Counted from the stretch's first letter, positions 9,601 to 18,254 are shown. The stretch: DNA of 51,081 nucleotides from Desulfomonile tiedjei (GCA_016212935.1 JACRDE010000622.1:1-51081); one strand, 5' to 3'. Made by a program: numbers and translations. Notes: a model not told the origin generated them from the letters alone.

Positions 9601-10509
9601 TTGCGGGATTCCCTGGAAGCGCTGGACAACATACTTGTCCCAGGCAATGAAGGAGTCCAGATTCCGCTGAACCTAATTGCAAAAGTGAAGTACACCCGAG
9701 GCCCGATGACAGTGAAAAGCGAAGACACGTTCCTCGTGAGCTATGTGCTTTTCGACAAAAGGCCGGGGACAGCCGAGGTGGACGTGGTCGAAGCCGCGGA
9801 CAATTATCTGAAGCACAAGATAAGTACCGGCGAATTTAAGCTTCCTCCGGGAACTTCTTACGTGTTCGCGGGTTCTTATGAGAATCAGGTCAGGTCCGAG
9901 AGGACTCTCAAAATAGTGATTCCATTGGCCCTGATGCTGATTTTTCTGGTTCTCTATTTTCAGTTCCATTCGATCCCGGTGTCTTTGAATGTTTTTTCAG
10001 GGATATTTGTCGCGTGGTCAGGCGGATTCATCATGTTGTGGCTATATTCCCAGCCCTGGTTCCTGGATTTCAGCGTGTTCGGCGTTAACATGAGGCAACT
10101 GTTCCAGGTCAGGCCGTATAACCTGAGCGTCGCAGTGTGGGTAGGGTTCCTGGCCCTATTTGGGATCGCTACAAACGACGGTGTCATTTACTCCACCTAT
10201 CTTGATCAGGTGTTCGGTGAGAAGAAGTTCCATTCAATTAAAGAGATCCGTGAGGCCACTGTGGAGGCCGGGCTGAAGAGAGTGCGTCCCGCCCTCATGA
10301 CCACAGCGACCACGATCCTTGCCCTGATACCTGTTCTAACGTCCACCGGCAAAGGTGCTGACGTGGCGGTTCCTATGGCCTTGCCGAGTTTTGGTGGAAT
10401 GACCATAGACATCATAACTATTTTCGTTGTGCCGACGATCTACTGCTTTGTGAAAGAGTTCGAGTTCAAACGAAGCCTGGAAAGCTCAAACAGCGGAAAG
10501 GAGTCCTAA
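6670..10509 (+). CDS. cusA: CusA/CzcA-family heavy-metal RND efflux pump, Cu(I)/Ag(I) type
   Basis: 'VDAIPDIGENQQIV', 'GPDATALG', 'AIGVMVD', 'RVRPALMT'; Met triad equivalents FMPTT, PISMVET, RIVML; ATGA overlap with cusB. Confidence 0.93.
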   Translation: MMPNHRSNGVRDLHASFFYKLMGFWAEQKLLMVMVLLVTIVYGLMVAPFDWEISWLPRNPVPVDAIPDIGENQQIVFTTWEGRSPKDIEDQITYPLTVSLLGIPGVKAIRSNSFFGFSTIYIIFKEDVEFYWSRSRILEKLNSLPSGTLPPGVQPSLGPDATALGQVFWYTLEGEGFGMDELRTMQDYYVRYALQASGGVSEVASVGGYVKEYQIDINPDAMRAHNITLPEVFAAVRSSNLDVGAGTIEVNRTEYTIRGLGFVRSVQDVQDSVIKVNESVPLSIKDEAVVSLGPEMRRGALDKEGAEAVGGVVVVRFGENPLQVIKNVREKIKEISPGLPSKTLPDGRVSQVKIVPFYDRTTLIHETLDTLKKALWEEMLVTAIVVIVMVNHLLSSVLISAVLPLAVLLTFIVMKLVGIDANIMALSGIAIAIGVMVDMGIILCENILRHMEENPSRGITLQMIRESAGEVGGAVVTSSLTTIISFLPVFSLTGPEGKLFKPVAYTKTFAVGSSLVLALALIPPLAHLFFQKRNLRKKTLLLVNAAIAFVGLWAAFSISWWIGGAAILVAVVKSVSLFLPESWKAKVPVILNLIALGFVIVLLTEHWLPLGPDKGFVRNVIFASSIIFGLLGVRKIFTAYYGPFLHWALDHKAQFLVIPISIILLGAVIWLGFARVFFFVPWTVEKFMPRQPVVTAQHIHGPDVKGDAAPPSMVQADNPVRKTWLWSKLSHTFPGLGKEFMPDLDEGSFLFMPTTMPHASIGEALDVIHKQDIGIRTIPEVESVVGKIGRVESALDPAPISMVETVINYHPEYKTDPVTGNRILDGDGKPIRNWRPEIRNPGDIWKEIIKAAALPGTTSAPKLQPISARIVMLQSGMRAAMGVKIRGKSLEEVEKVGLEVERYLKEMPSVEPASVVADRVVGNPYLEIDIDRKAIARYGIKIQDVQDVVEIAIGGKRLTTTVEGRERYPVRVRYQRELRDSLEALDNILVPGNEGVQIPLNLIAKVKYTRGPMTVKSEDTFLVSYVLFDKRPGTAEVDVVEAADNYLKHKISTGEFKLPPGTSYVFAGSYENQVRSERTLKIVIPLALMLIFLVLYFQFHSIPVSLNVFSGIFVAWSGGFIMLWLYSQPWFLDFSVFGVNMRQLFQVRPYNLSVAVWVGFLALFGIATNDGVIYSTYLDQVFGEKKFHSIKEIREATVEAGLKRVRPALMTTATTILALIPVLTSTGKGADVAVPMALPSFGGMTIDIITIFVVPTIYCFVKEFEFKRSLESSNSGKES

Positions 10510-10510
10510 A

Positions 10511-11041
10511 ATGTGCTCAAATTACAGTAATTTGTTTTCTGCGACCGTAGTCTTCATTTTGAATCTGTTTGTCGCGCTCACCGCGGTCGCTGATACGGTC
10601 GATCTCCCTGACGGCTCCAAGTTGGATCTGTCACAGATCTGTCCGGTGTGTGAGATGAAAATCGAAAGCAGCGTTACTGGGCCTGGAGCCGTGGTCTTCA
10701 AGGACGGCAAGGTTGTGGGGTTCGATGGTCCGGCGGACCTTTTCAGGTATTTGCTTTCTCCAGAGAAGTACGGGTATGATCCCGCGAACATAAAGAACAC
10801 GTACGTCACGGAACACGGGACCAAGAAGTTTGTAGATGCAAAACAGGCATTCTATGTGGTAGGGGCCGAGCTGAAGGCGATTATGGGACCTGAAGCGATA
10901 CCGTTTGCCAATAAGGCAGATGCGGAAAAGTTCAGTTCGCAAAACAAGGGAAAGAAAGTGGCGGCTTCGTCAGGAATCACTCTGGACGATTTGACCGTGA
11001 AGAAGAAATCGCTCAGGATGGAAAAAGATCATAAGCACTAG
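10511..11041 (+). CDS. NosL-family copper-binding protein (copy 1)
   Basis: Signal peptide; 'CPVCEM', 'VDAKQAFYVVG', 'MGPEAIPF...DAEKF...G'. Confidence 0.85.
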   Translation: MCSNYSNLFSATVVFILNLFVALTAVADTVDLPDGSKLDLSQICPVCEMKIESSVTGPGAVVFKDGKVVGFDGPADLFRYLLSPEKYGYDPANIKNTYVTEHGTKKFVDAKQAFYVVGAELKAIMGPEAIPFANKADAEKFSSQNKGKKVAASSGITLDDLTVKKKSLRMEKDHKH

Positions 11042-11140
11042 AAACGGGCGCGGGGGAGCATTTTCGAGCAGTTGCTCCCCAAAGGCCACTTGCGTGGCGG
11101 CTCACTCGGTGCTTTGACATCCTGCGAGAGAGAGGCAGCA

Positions 11141-11677
11141 ATGAAAAGGATACCCTTTGCGCAGTTTATGTTTGTCATTCTCGTTGTCGCGACGGCTCCA
11201 TTTACCGTCAATGCGGACGATTACCTGGCATTACCGAACGGGTCCAAGGTGGATCTTTCCGCACATTGCCCCGTGTGTGGAATGGTCGTTGGCGGCGACA
11301 TGGCCGCAGGCGTCACATACGGTTACCGAGATTCCAAGTTAGTGGGATTTGCCGGGGTTGCCGCGGCGATTTTCAAGGACGGAAAAACCGTCGGGTTCGA
11401 AGGGGCTAGATGCCTGTTCATTTATAATACTGTTCCGAAGAAATTCGGGATCGACGTAAATGACATTGCGAACCGGTATTGCACGGACTTCACATCCGGA
11501 AAACTGATTGACGTGAACCAGGCTTATCTGGTGATGGGTACCAAAGTGAGAGGGCCCATGGGCTACGATTTGATCCCTTTTGCGGACAAGAACGAAGCTG
11601 AGAAATTCAAGGACAAGCACGAGGGCAAACGCATCGTGCAACTGGGGACTGTAAGGATCAAAGATGTGGAGCGGTAA
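11141..11677 (+). CDS. NosL-family copper-binding protein (copy 2)
   Basis: GAGG RBS, signal peptide; 'CPVCGM', 'FEGARCLF', 'GPMGYDLIPF...EAEKF...HEG'. Confidence 0.85.
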   Translation: MKRIPFAQFMFVILVVATAPFTVNADDYLALPNGSKVDLSAHCPVCGMVVGGDMAAGVTYGYRDSKLVGFAGVAAAIFKDGKTVGFEGARCLFIYNTVPKKFGIDVNDIANRYCTDFTSGKLIDVNQAYLVMGTKVRGPMGYDLIPFADKNEAEKFKDKHEGKRIVQLGTVRIKDVER

Positions 11678-11713
11678 AGCCTCTAGCAGTCAGTTTTTTC
11701 ACGAGTATCAGGC

Positions 11714-13459
11714 ATGATTTTTTCACTTCAAAGACGCTTCTTACTACTACTTCTTTTGCCAGTGGCACTAATCCTGCTCGCTGTGGGATTTACAGGGTGG
11801 TTTTTCGCTCGTTCGTTTCTCCTGGATCAGTGGGTGGACACGACCCGTGTGAAACTCGAGAAGGTTGCTCATCAGATCAACATGCAACTCAACGAAAAGC
11901 TGGATCTTATAAATCTCATTTCCAAGGCCAATGACCTTCCTACTGGCGGAGTGACTCAAGCTTTTCTCGTTCAGCAACTCATCGAGAAAGAGGGGGTGCG
12001 TTTCGTAGATATAGAAGTGCCCGAAGGCGCCGATGATGGACTGAGCATCGGAAAAGACCCGAAAGATTACGGCTCGGGGATCGTTGAGGGCCTTTACACG
12101 ATGGAACTCTGCGGTGATTTCGGCTTTTGCGCTCCAATCATGGATCCCGGGGCACTGGACCGATCCCTTAGGATAGTGAAAATACTCGGGCATGGGGATA
12201 GTGGTCCGATGAAACGGTTAGTAGTCAGGATAAGCTTCGACTCCTTTCTCAATCCCATACGTGAAATGGGGGTTTGGGGAGGAAACTCTGCGTGTCTTGT
12301 GACCAGCACAGGGCAATTTCTGGCTCATACGGACAAAGCAATTGCAGACCGCAAGAGGCTAGGAGACAACGGGGATCCGTTCGAAATCCGGTTGCTGGAT
12401 CAGATCAGGCACAAAGATTTTGGCACGTTGCTCGGTGAAGGCCACCCGCCGGATGTGGTGGCTGGGTTCCACAAGATTCCGTCACTCAATTGGTATATAG
12501 TCGTGTTCTCAAGTGGCAGTGAGGTCCTTGAGCCTGTTAGGCAGTTTCGAAACTATTACGCTCTCGCAGGATTTGCTTGCCTTGCGGTGATTCTTCTTCT
12601 GATCCGGTTAACGACCCGCCGAGTGGGGCGTTCCATAGCAGAGATTTCCGCTGCAGCTGAGAAGGTGGAGGGCGGTGATTACTCTGAGAAGCTCCCGGTG
12701 GACGGGACGGACGAAATAGGCCAACTCAATCGAAGCTTCAACCACATGATCGAAGGTCTTAAGCAGAGAGATCTGATCGAACACACTTTCGGCCGTTACG
12801 TGGATAAGAAGGTCGCTAAAGAGCTGATGAGCAGGCCGGAGGCCCTCCGCCTGGGCGGAGAAAAGAGAACCGTTACAATAATGATGTCTGACATCCGGAA
12901 TTTCACGGGGCTTTCGGAAAAGCTACAGCCCGAGGACGTGATCAAACTGCTCAACAGGTATTTCGCTCGCATGATTGCCGTGATCGAGCATTACAAAGGG
13001 ATTATCGTGGATTTCTACGGAGATTCCATTCTGGTGTTCTTCAACGGACTGGAGGCGGACGTCCCGGCCAGGGCAATGGATGCGGTTAGGTGCGCTCTTG
13101 AAATGCAGCACGAAATGCGGAGCTTCAACAAAGAAAAACGTTCATCCAAGCTGCCGGTGCTGCAAATGGGGATAGGAGTTCACACAGGAGAGGTGATTGT
13201 CGGCAACATAGGGACCGAATCCCGGGCTAAGTACGGCATTGTTGGCGCGGACGTGAACCTTACGGACAGAATTCAGGCAACCGCTTCTGCTGGCAAGGTA
13301 GTGATTTCGGAGAAGACCTACGAGATGATAGCCGACCAACTTAACGTCTCTCTGGAATTCAATGCATGCCTCAAAGGTGTCGAGGACCAAAAGCAGCTCT
13401 ATGAGATTGATTCAGTGGAAGACAACAACGCTGAGAATTCGGAAAATCCCGAGAATTAA
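11714..13459 (+). CDS. Membrane class III nucleotidyl cyclase (TM-Cache-like-TM-HAMP-cyclase)
   Basis: Two TMs; HAMP 'DEIGQLNRSFNHM'; catalytic 'SDIRNFT', 'GD', 'GIGVHTGEVIVGNIG', 'VNLTDR', 'LKG'. Confidence 0.92.
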   Translation: MIFSLQRRFLLLLLLPVALILLAVGFTGWFFARSFLLDQWVDTTRVKLEKVAHQINMQLNEKLDLINLISKANDLPTGGVTQAFLVQQLIEKEGVRFVDIEVPEGADDGLSIGKDPKDYGSGIVEGLYTMELCGDFGFCAPIMDPGALDRSLRIVKILGHGDSGPMKRLVVRISFDSFLNPIREMGVWGGNSACLVTSTGQFLAHTDKAIADRKRLGDNGDPFEIRLLDQIRHKDFGTLLGEGHPPDVVAGFHKIPSLNWYIVVFSSGSEVLEPVRQFRNYYALAGFACLAVILLLIRLTTRRVGRSIAEISAAAEKVEGGDYSEKLPVDGTDEIGQLNRSFNHMIEGLKQRDLIEHTFGRYVDKKVAKELMSRPEALRLGGEKRTVTIMMSDIRNFTGLSEKLQPEDVIKLLNRYFARMIAVIEHYKGIIVDFYGDSILVFFNGLEADVPARAMDAVRCALEMQHEMRSFNKEKRSSKLPVLQMGIGVHTGEVIVGNIGTESRAKYGIVGADVNLTDRIQATASAGKVVISEKTYEMIADQLNVSLEFNACLKGVEDQKQLYEIDSVEDNNAENSENPEN

Positions 13460-13508
13460 GGCGGAACCGCTGTGGCGCCCCATAGTTCCACCTGCTTCAA
13501 TGGCTATC

Positions 13509-14351
13509 ATGAGTGAGATCAGATTCTATAGAGTGCAGGACAAATACGGCTCTTTCTCGAACTTCGCCCCGTACCCGGTGCGGCTCGACGGCAAACGTTG
13601 GCCCACCTCTGAGCACTATTTTCAAGCTCAGAAGTTCACACATCCGGGGGAGCAAGAAGCGATTCGGCTGACCAAGTCACCAATGGAGGCGGCTCGAATG
13701 GGGCGCGATCGCAGCTGGTCCCTGCGCCCCGACTGGGAAGAAGCGAAGGACGAAGTCATGCGAGAGGTGGTGTGGGCCAAGTTTACGCAGCACAACTCCC
13801 TTCGCGAACTGCTCCTCTCCACTGGAGACGCTACCATCGTGGAGCACACGAAGAATGACTGTTATTGGGCAGATGGCGGCGCCGGAAAAGGCAAGAACAT
13901 GCTTGGCCGCATTCTAATGGAGGCGCGAGAGAGAATCCGCAGAGTAGACAGCTTTTCCTGCACCGAAGAATGGGAGGAAGCCCACTTGGGGGCTGATACG
14001 GGAATCTCGTCGGAACTGTGGTCGGAGCGTGTCGACCTGCGAGACCTGCTCTGGGAAAAGCACGTGCAGTCGCTACCTCCAGAAGAACAGGAGCTTCTGA
14101 ACGAAGGAAATCACCCTTCCTTTGGTTCACATTTCGCCGGTGGAGCGGCCGCTGTGTACGCCGAGTCGCTCAAGGATTCCCTGTCATCCCTCGACCACGT
14201 GGCTGATGTTACTTTGGACGCATATCACGGCGACACGTTCGTTCTTACTGTGTGGCTCAATCAGAGTCTTTCTTGGCGAGAGTATCGTCCCTGTATCCCT
14301 GAGTTGTTCATGGGATTCCAGGTTTTCGTCGCTCCTCCCATCAACAAATGA
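13509..14351 (+). CDS. NADAR (YbiA-like) domain protein with an unknown ~130-aa C-terminal domain
   Basis: 'FSNF', 'WPTSEHYFQAQKF', 'KFTQH', 'LLSTG', 'YWADG...GKNMLGRILMEAR'; start uncertain (13500 or 13509). Confidence 0.85.
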   Translation: MSEIRFYRVQDKYGSFSNFAPYPVRLDGKRWPTSEHYFQAQKFTHPGEQEAIRLTKSPMEAARMGRDRSWSLRPDWEEAKDEVMREVVWAKFTQHNSLRELLLSTGDATIVEHTKNDCYWADGGAGKGKNMLGRILMEARERIRRVDSFSCTEEWEEAHLGADTGISSELWSERVDLRDLLWEKHVQSLPPEEQELLNEGNHPSFGSHFAGGAAAVYAESLKDSLSSLDHVADVTLDAYHGDTFVLTVWLNQSLSWREYRPCIPELFMGFQVFVAPPINK

Positions 14352-14410
14352 ATGCTCCTCACAACGTTGTTGTTTTAGGGAGAATTACATCAGCCCGAGA
14401 TGATACATAA

Positions 14411-14450
14411 TACGAATGCGCTTTCAAAGAGGGAAGAATCCGAACTGGTA
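14411..14450. mobile_element. Internally deleted 40-bp copy of the MITE family
   Basis: TACGAATGCGCTTTCAAAGAGGGAAGAATC matches the reverse complement of the right end of the 42940-43161 element and is joined directly to CGAACTGGTA. Confidence 0.6.
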
Positions 14451-14479
14451 AAAGTTGCTAATAAATTGCGGAGTTGTTT

Positions 14480-15106
14480 ATGTCTTCCAAGAATTCGACG
14501 CTCACTAAGCTGAGAGAAAACGAGCGGGAAATCCGAAAGGATCTCATTATAGATGCCGCGATTCGTCTATTTGCGGCAAAACCTTTCGACCGGGTCGGGA
14601 TGAGAGATATTGCCTCTGAAGCGGGTCTTTCGCCGGCGTCAATCTACAGATACTTTTCGAATCGTGATGAACTCTTTGTGGAGGCCCTGTGCAGAGAAAG
14701 CAAAATCATCGAACAGGAAATCCGGCGAGCAAAGGATTCGGAAAGCGAGGCTTCGATAGAAAAGATCGCCTCTACATTTGTTGATTATCTTATCGAACAT
14801 GACACGTTCTTCAAGATGATGACTTATTTCATGATCACGGGCAGAATCGCTGAAGATACCCTGGAAAAGTTCAATGAGACGGAACGAAAGCTCCTTGATG
14901 TTTTCGACGATATCTTTGAAAATCTGGGAGCGAAAGGCCCGGTTCGACTGACCTCGCACGCGTTCTTTGCGACCCTCAACGGGATTCTGATCACATTTCA
15001 CAACTATCCCGGCAGGTCTTCCGAAGACACACGAAAACATATGCACCGGTTGGTGGACATCGTCTCAAGGGCATTCAAGGACACATCTGCTGCGATCACC
15101 CGCTGA
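14480..15106 (+). CDS. TetR/AcrR family transcriptional regulator
   Basis: 'IIDAAIRLF...VGMRDIASEAGLSPASIYRYFSNRDEL' HTH. Confidence 0.92.
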   Translation: MSSKNSTLTKLRENEREIRKDLIIDAAIRLFAAKPFDRVGMRDIASEAGLSPASIYRYFSNRDELFVEALCRESKIIEQEIRRAKDSESEASIEKIASTFVDYLIEHDTFFKMMTYFMITGRIAEDTLEKFNETERKLLDVFDDIFENLGAKGPVRLTSHAFFATLNGILITFHNYPGRSSEDTRKHMHRLVDIVSRAFKDTSAAITR

Positions 15107-15116
15107 TAGTGTATCG

Positions 15117-17435
15117 TTACCATTTCAGGGAGTCCCAGGTGTAATAATCCCTCCACAAAAAAAACTCCGTTAGCGGGTAATCATCGGTAACAAAGGACAA
15201 GAGCTTGTCCTGCATCATAGCGTCCACATGAAATTGATCTAGAACCATCAGCTTGAGTAGTTTTTCCGGGGTATCGCAAGCGGTATCGTATTCGCGGAGG
15301 TCCGCCACAATCATCTCGTTCCTAAAGGCAGCAGCCATGTTTTCCTTGAGTTCGTCCTGGGTGACATTCTTCATTGTACCAATAAGGTAAAAACCGTAAT
15401 TCATGATGGGGCCGGACCACACGGAACAACTGGGAAATACCGTGCCGAAGGTCTTCGCGAGGCATGCCTTGTCTTGCTTTGAGGCACCTGGAAGCCACAG
15501 ACAAATTACTCCGTCTGGAGTGAGCCTGGATTTGCACAATTCGAAGAATTCCATGGTGTAGAGATTTACGGTTCGAGCGCTCCAGACAGGGGGAGCGGGG
15601 TCAACTGTGATTACGTCGTATTTCTTTGGAGATAACAGTAGGTGATTCCTACCATCGTTTGCCACGAGTCTAATGTTGGGCTTTTTCAGTGCATCTGAAT
15701 CATGATGATAGAAGTTGAAGGCCTCAAACGTCTCTGATACCAACTCCACTGCGGTTACTTGTAATCCTGGATATACTGCTGCAGATTTCACAGTTGTGCC
15801 CATCCCGAAGCATATCACCAGTAATTCCTTGGGATTCTTGGCGAACATCATGGGGAGATGCGTCATGAGTTTTGTTTCGGTGCATAGATGCGTCATTCCC
15901 ACCCCGTTGATCCACAATTGTTTTCGACTGTCCTTTTCAAAGGCCGTGACTGTTCCTTCAATCCCTTCTTTATTGAAGAAGATATTCACGCTTGCAGGCT
16001 TCAAATCCGGACTGGCGGAACCATCCACCGATCGATGTTCGCGAATTCGGTTTTCAATAGTTGACAAGAAAGGATCAAGTCCTGAGAATGCAATGACCGG
16101 AATCAGGAGAATCAGGCATGCAGGGGCAAACGCCCATCTTGAAATCGCTGACCTCCCAGGCTCAAGTCTCAAAAGTACCAACCCCAGAACAAGGTTCAAC
16201 GCGGCCAGAAGAATCACTGTTTTCGTCGAGCCGATCGTGGGAATCAGCAAGAAACCTGCAAACAGAGATCCCATAATGCATCCCACTGTATTGAATCCGT
16301 AAAGTCTGCCCACCAGCGAGCCTGCCGTATCTAAATTAGGGGTGTAACAGCAGCCTGCAACGGGCAGTATCATTCCAAAAATGAAAGTCATTGGAAATAC
16401 GAGGATTACGGTGGCGATAGACGAATGCAGCCAGCCTATGTTGCTACCCACCAGTATGTGGTCGAGGGGACCGAACAGATACAGATTAAGGACTGAGATG
16501 AATCCTATCGCAACTTCCAGAAGCCCGAAAATAGTCAATGGATTTCTCAGCCTGTCTGCGATTCGGTTCATGGCCAGACTTCCCAGGGATACGCCGCCCA
16601 AAAAGACCGCCAACATTGCAGAAAATGCATAAATCGAGTTTTTCAGGAACAGTATCAACTGCCTCGTCCATATCACTTCGTAAGCAATCGACGTGAATCC
16701 GCTCAGCAAGAAAGCGAAAAGCACGAATCTTCTCGTGCCGATCGAATAGGCAGACATGGGCTGTGTGGCTGCATTGAGATCCCGATCGGAAGACTTTTTG
16801 GCGTAAGGTGCGGCTTCTCTGTCCTTTCTAAACACATACCATGCCACAATTGCCACCAGCAGGTTTATTGCTATTCCAATGTAGGTCGTTATTCGCTCGC
16901 CGAAAAATCCTATCAGAAAAAATGAACTTAGAACTACCCCTGTGACAGCTCCAAGAGTATTAATCCCGTACAATATACTAAGGTTCTTCCCTAGCAGATG
17001 ATCCTTCCTTACGAGAAATGTTGTCATTACCGGGAGCGTGCCGCCCATTAAGGCTGTGGGAACCAGCAAGGTAATGAAAGAGACTATGCCCATCCCCACT
17101 GCGGTTACAGCCACGTTTTCATTGCTCCACTGATAGAGGAATTGATAGAAAGGGACCGACCCTTGAAATGCGTATGGAATGAGGAAAACCGTGGCTGCTA
17201 CGCACAATTCCAGTACGGCGTATATCCTGAGTGGATCGTTTCTTCTATCCACAAACTTGCCCAGAATGAAGCTCCCCAGTGCAAGCCCTGCCATGAATGC
17301 AGCCACGACAGTTGCGGTCGCGTGAATGCTCACGCCGGTGGTTCTGGACAATATCCTGAGCCACACGATTTGATACATCAGACCACTGATTCCGGAAGCA
17401 TAAAAGAGCGTATACACCCAGTATCTCGATTTCAA
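15117..17435 (-). CDS. Fused multi-TM membrane domain / spermidine synthase-like SAM-fold protein
   Basis: Duplicated 'SGISGLMYQIVW'/'SGFTSIAYEVIW' TM repeats; C-terminal 'LVICFGMGTT', 'VELV', 'DGRNHL', 'YDVITVDP'; GGAGGAG RBS before TTG. Confidence 0.88.
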   Translation of the reverse strand: MKSRYWVYTLFYASGISGLMYQIVWLRILSRTTGVSIHATATVVAAFMAGLALGSFILGKFVDRRNDPLRIYAVLELCVAATVFLIPYAFQGSVPFYQFLYQWSNENVAVTAVGMGIVSFITLLVPTALMGGTLPVMTTFLVRKDHLLGKNLSILYGINTLGAVTGVVLSSFFLIGFFGERITTYIGIAINLLVAIVAWYVFRKDREAAPYAKKSSDRDLNAATQPMSAYSIGTRRFVLFAFLLSGFTSIAYEVIWTRQLILFLKNSIYAFSAMLAVFLGGVSLGSLAMNRIADRLRNPLTIFGLLEVAIGFISVLNLYLFGPLDHILVGSNIGWLHSSIATVILVFPMTFIFGMILPVAGCCYTPNLDTAGSLVGRLYGFNTVGCIMGSLFAGFLLIPTIGSTKTVILLAALNLVLGLVLLRLEPGRSAISRWAFAPACLILLIPVIAFSGLDPFLSTIENRIREHRSVDGSASPDLKPASVNIFFNKEGIEGTVTAFEKDSRKQLWINGVGMTHLCTETKLMTHLPMMFAKNPKELLVICFGMGTTVKSAAVYPGLQVTAVELVSETFEAFNFYHHDSDALKKPNIRLVANDGRNHLLLSPKKYDVITVDPAPPVWSARTVNLYTMEFFELCKSRLTPDGVICLWLPGASKQDKACLAKTFGTVFPSCSVWSGPIMNYGFYLIGTMKNVTQDELKENMAAAFRNEMIVADLREYDTACDTPEKLLKLMVLDQFHVDAMMQDKLLSFVTDDYPLTEFFLWRDYYTWDSLKW

Positions 17436-18040
17436 AATTCTCCTCCGGCTGCAATCGATCTCTAGAGTGAAAAAATGCGAAACTTTTCAGAGAGATTCGT
17501 TTTCTCGACGAGTTGCTGGAATCACCATACGAACACAATGTGAGAGATTTGATCAACTCTGTGACTTAAGCATACTTCAACACTGGCTCTCTAGTCAATG
17601 GCAACAGCGTCGAGAGGAGCCGGCTTTCCCAACGCCTCTTTGGCAGAGACTCTCAGAAGCACGGTCTTTGGAGCCCCCAATATAGAGCACAAAAGAAACG
17701 TGTTTTGACCGGGATTTCTGAGAGCAGATCGGGAAACCGCCATTGCGAGAGAGACAACCGGAAACCATCTCAATCGCGAACAATAAGGGCCTTGCTGTAT
17801 CCGTCGTTTAGAATTTCGAAATCCCGCAGCAATTATCATGGCAGTTGTTTTGGCCAGTCACCATAACTATTGTCGGAGTTATTTCCAGTGCTTCAGTGCA
17901 AGGCGGAATTTAGAAAAACGTTTCCAGTCTTTGGAAGATAAGCCACCTTTCTGCCTTTTTTGCGTGCTTCGGCGGTTTCTTGTTTGACTAGTCAGACTAG
18001 CCTCACCATATTTAGAACAACAGTCGTACGGGAGGTTCCC

Positions 18041-18163
18041 ATGGAAACGCCAAGCAGTAAGAAGTGCTGTTGCATAAGCAACGTGTGCTACCGAATGGAG
18101 AGCGACTCGGATTGCCAAAAGTCCGGTGGTAAAATCGTGGATAGGTGCTCGGAATGCAAGTAG
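18041..18163 (+). CDS. 40-aa Cys-rich small protein (7 Cys)
   Basis: GGAGG 5 nt before ATG; METPSSKKCCCISNVCYRMESDSDCQKSGGKIVDRCSECK; followed by a hairpin. Confidence 0.6.
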   Translation: METPSSKKCCCISNVCYRMESDSDCQKSGGKIVDRCSECK

Positions 18164-18203
18164 CCGGGTCGGTTAACTTCTACAAGTAGCTACCCTTATA
18201 ACA

Positions 18204-18251
18204 GTCCGGGATAAATCGGTTTTATCCAATTTGCCCGGACGATTTTCATTT
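18204..18251 (+). terminator. Probable intrinsic terminator after the small Cys-rich ORF
   Basis: GTCCGGG...CCCGGAC long imperfect stem followed by 'gattttcattt'. Confidence 0.45.
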
Positions 18252-18254
18252 CCG

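Noticed and set aside
13362-13508. Extended N-terminus of the NADAR ORF
   Set aside because: Overlaps the cyclase 3' end; NADAR homology begins at 'MSEIRFY'
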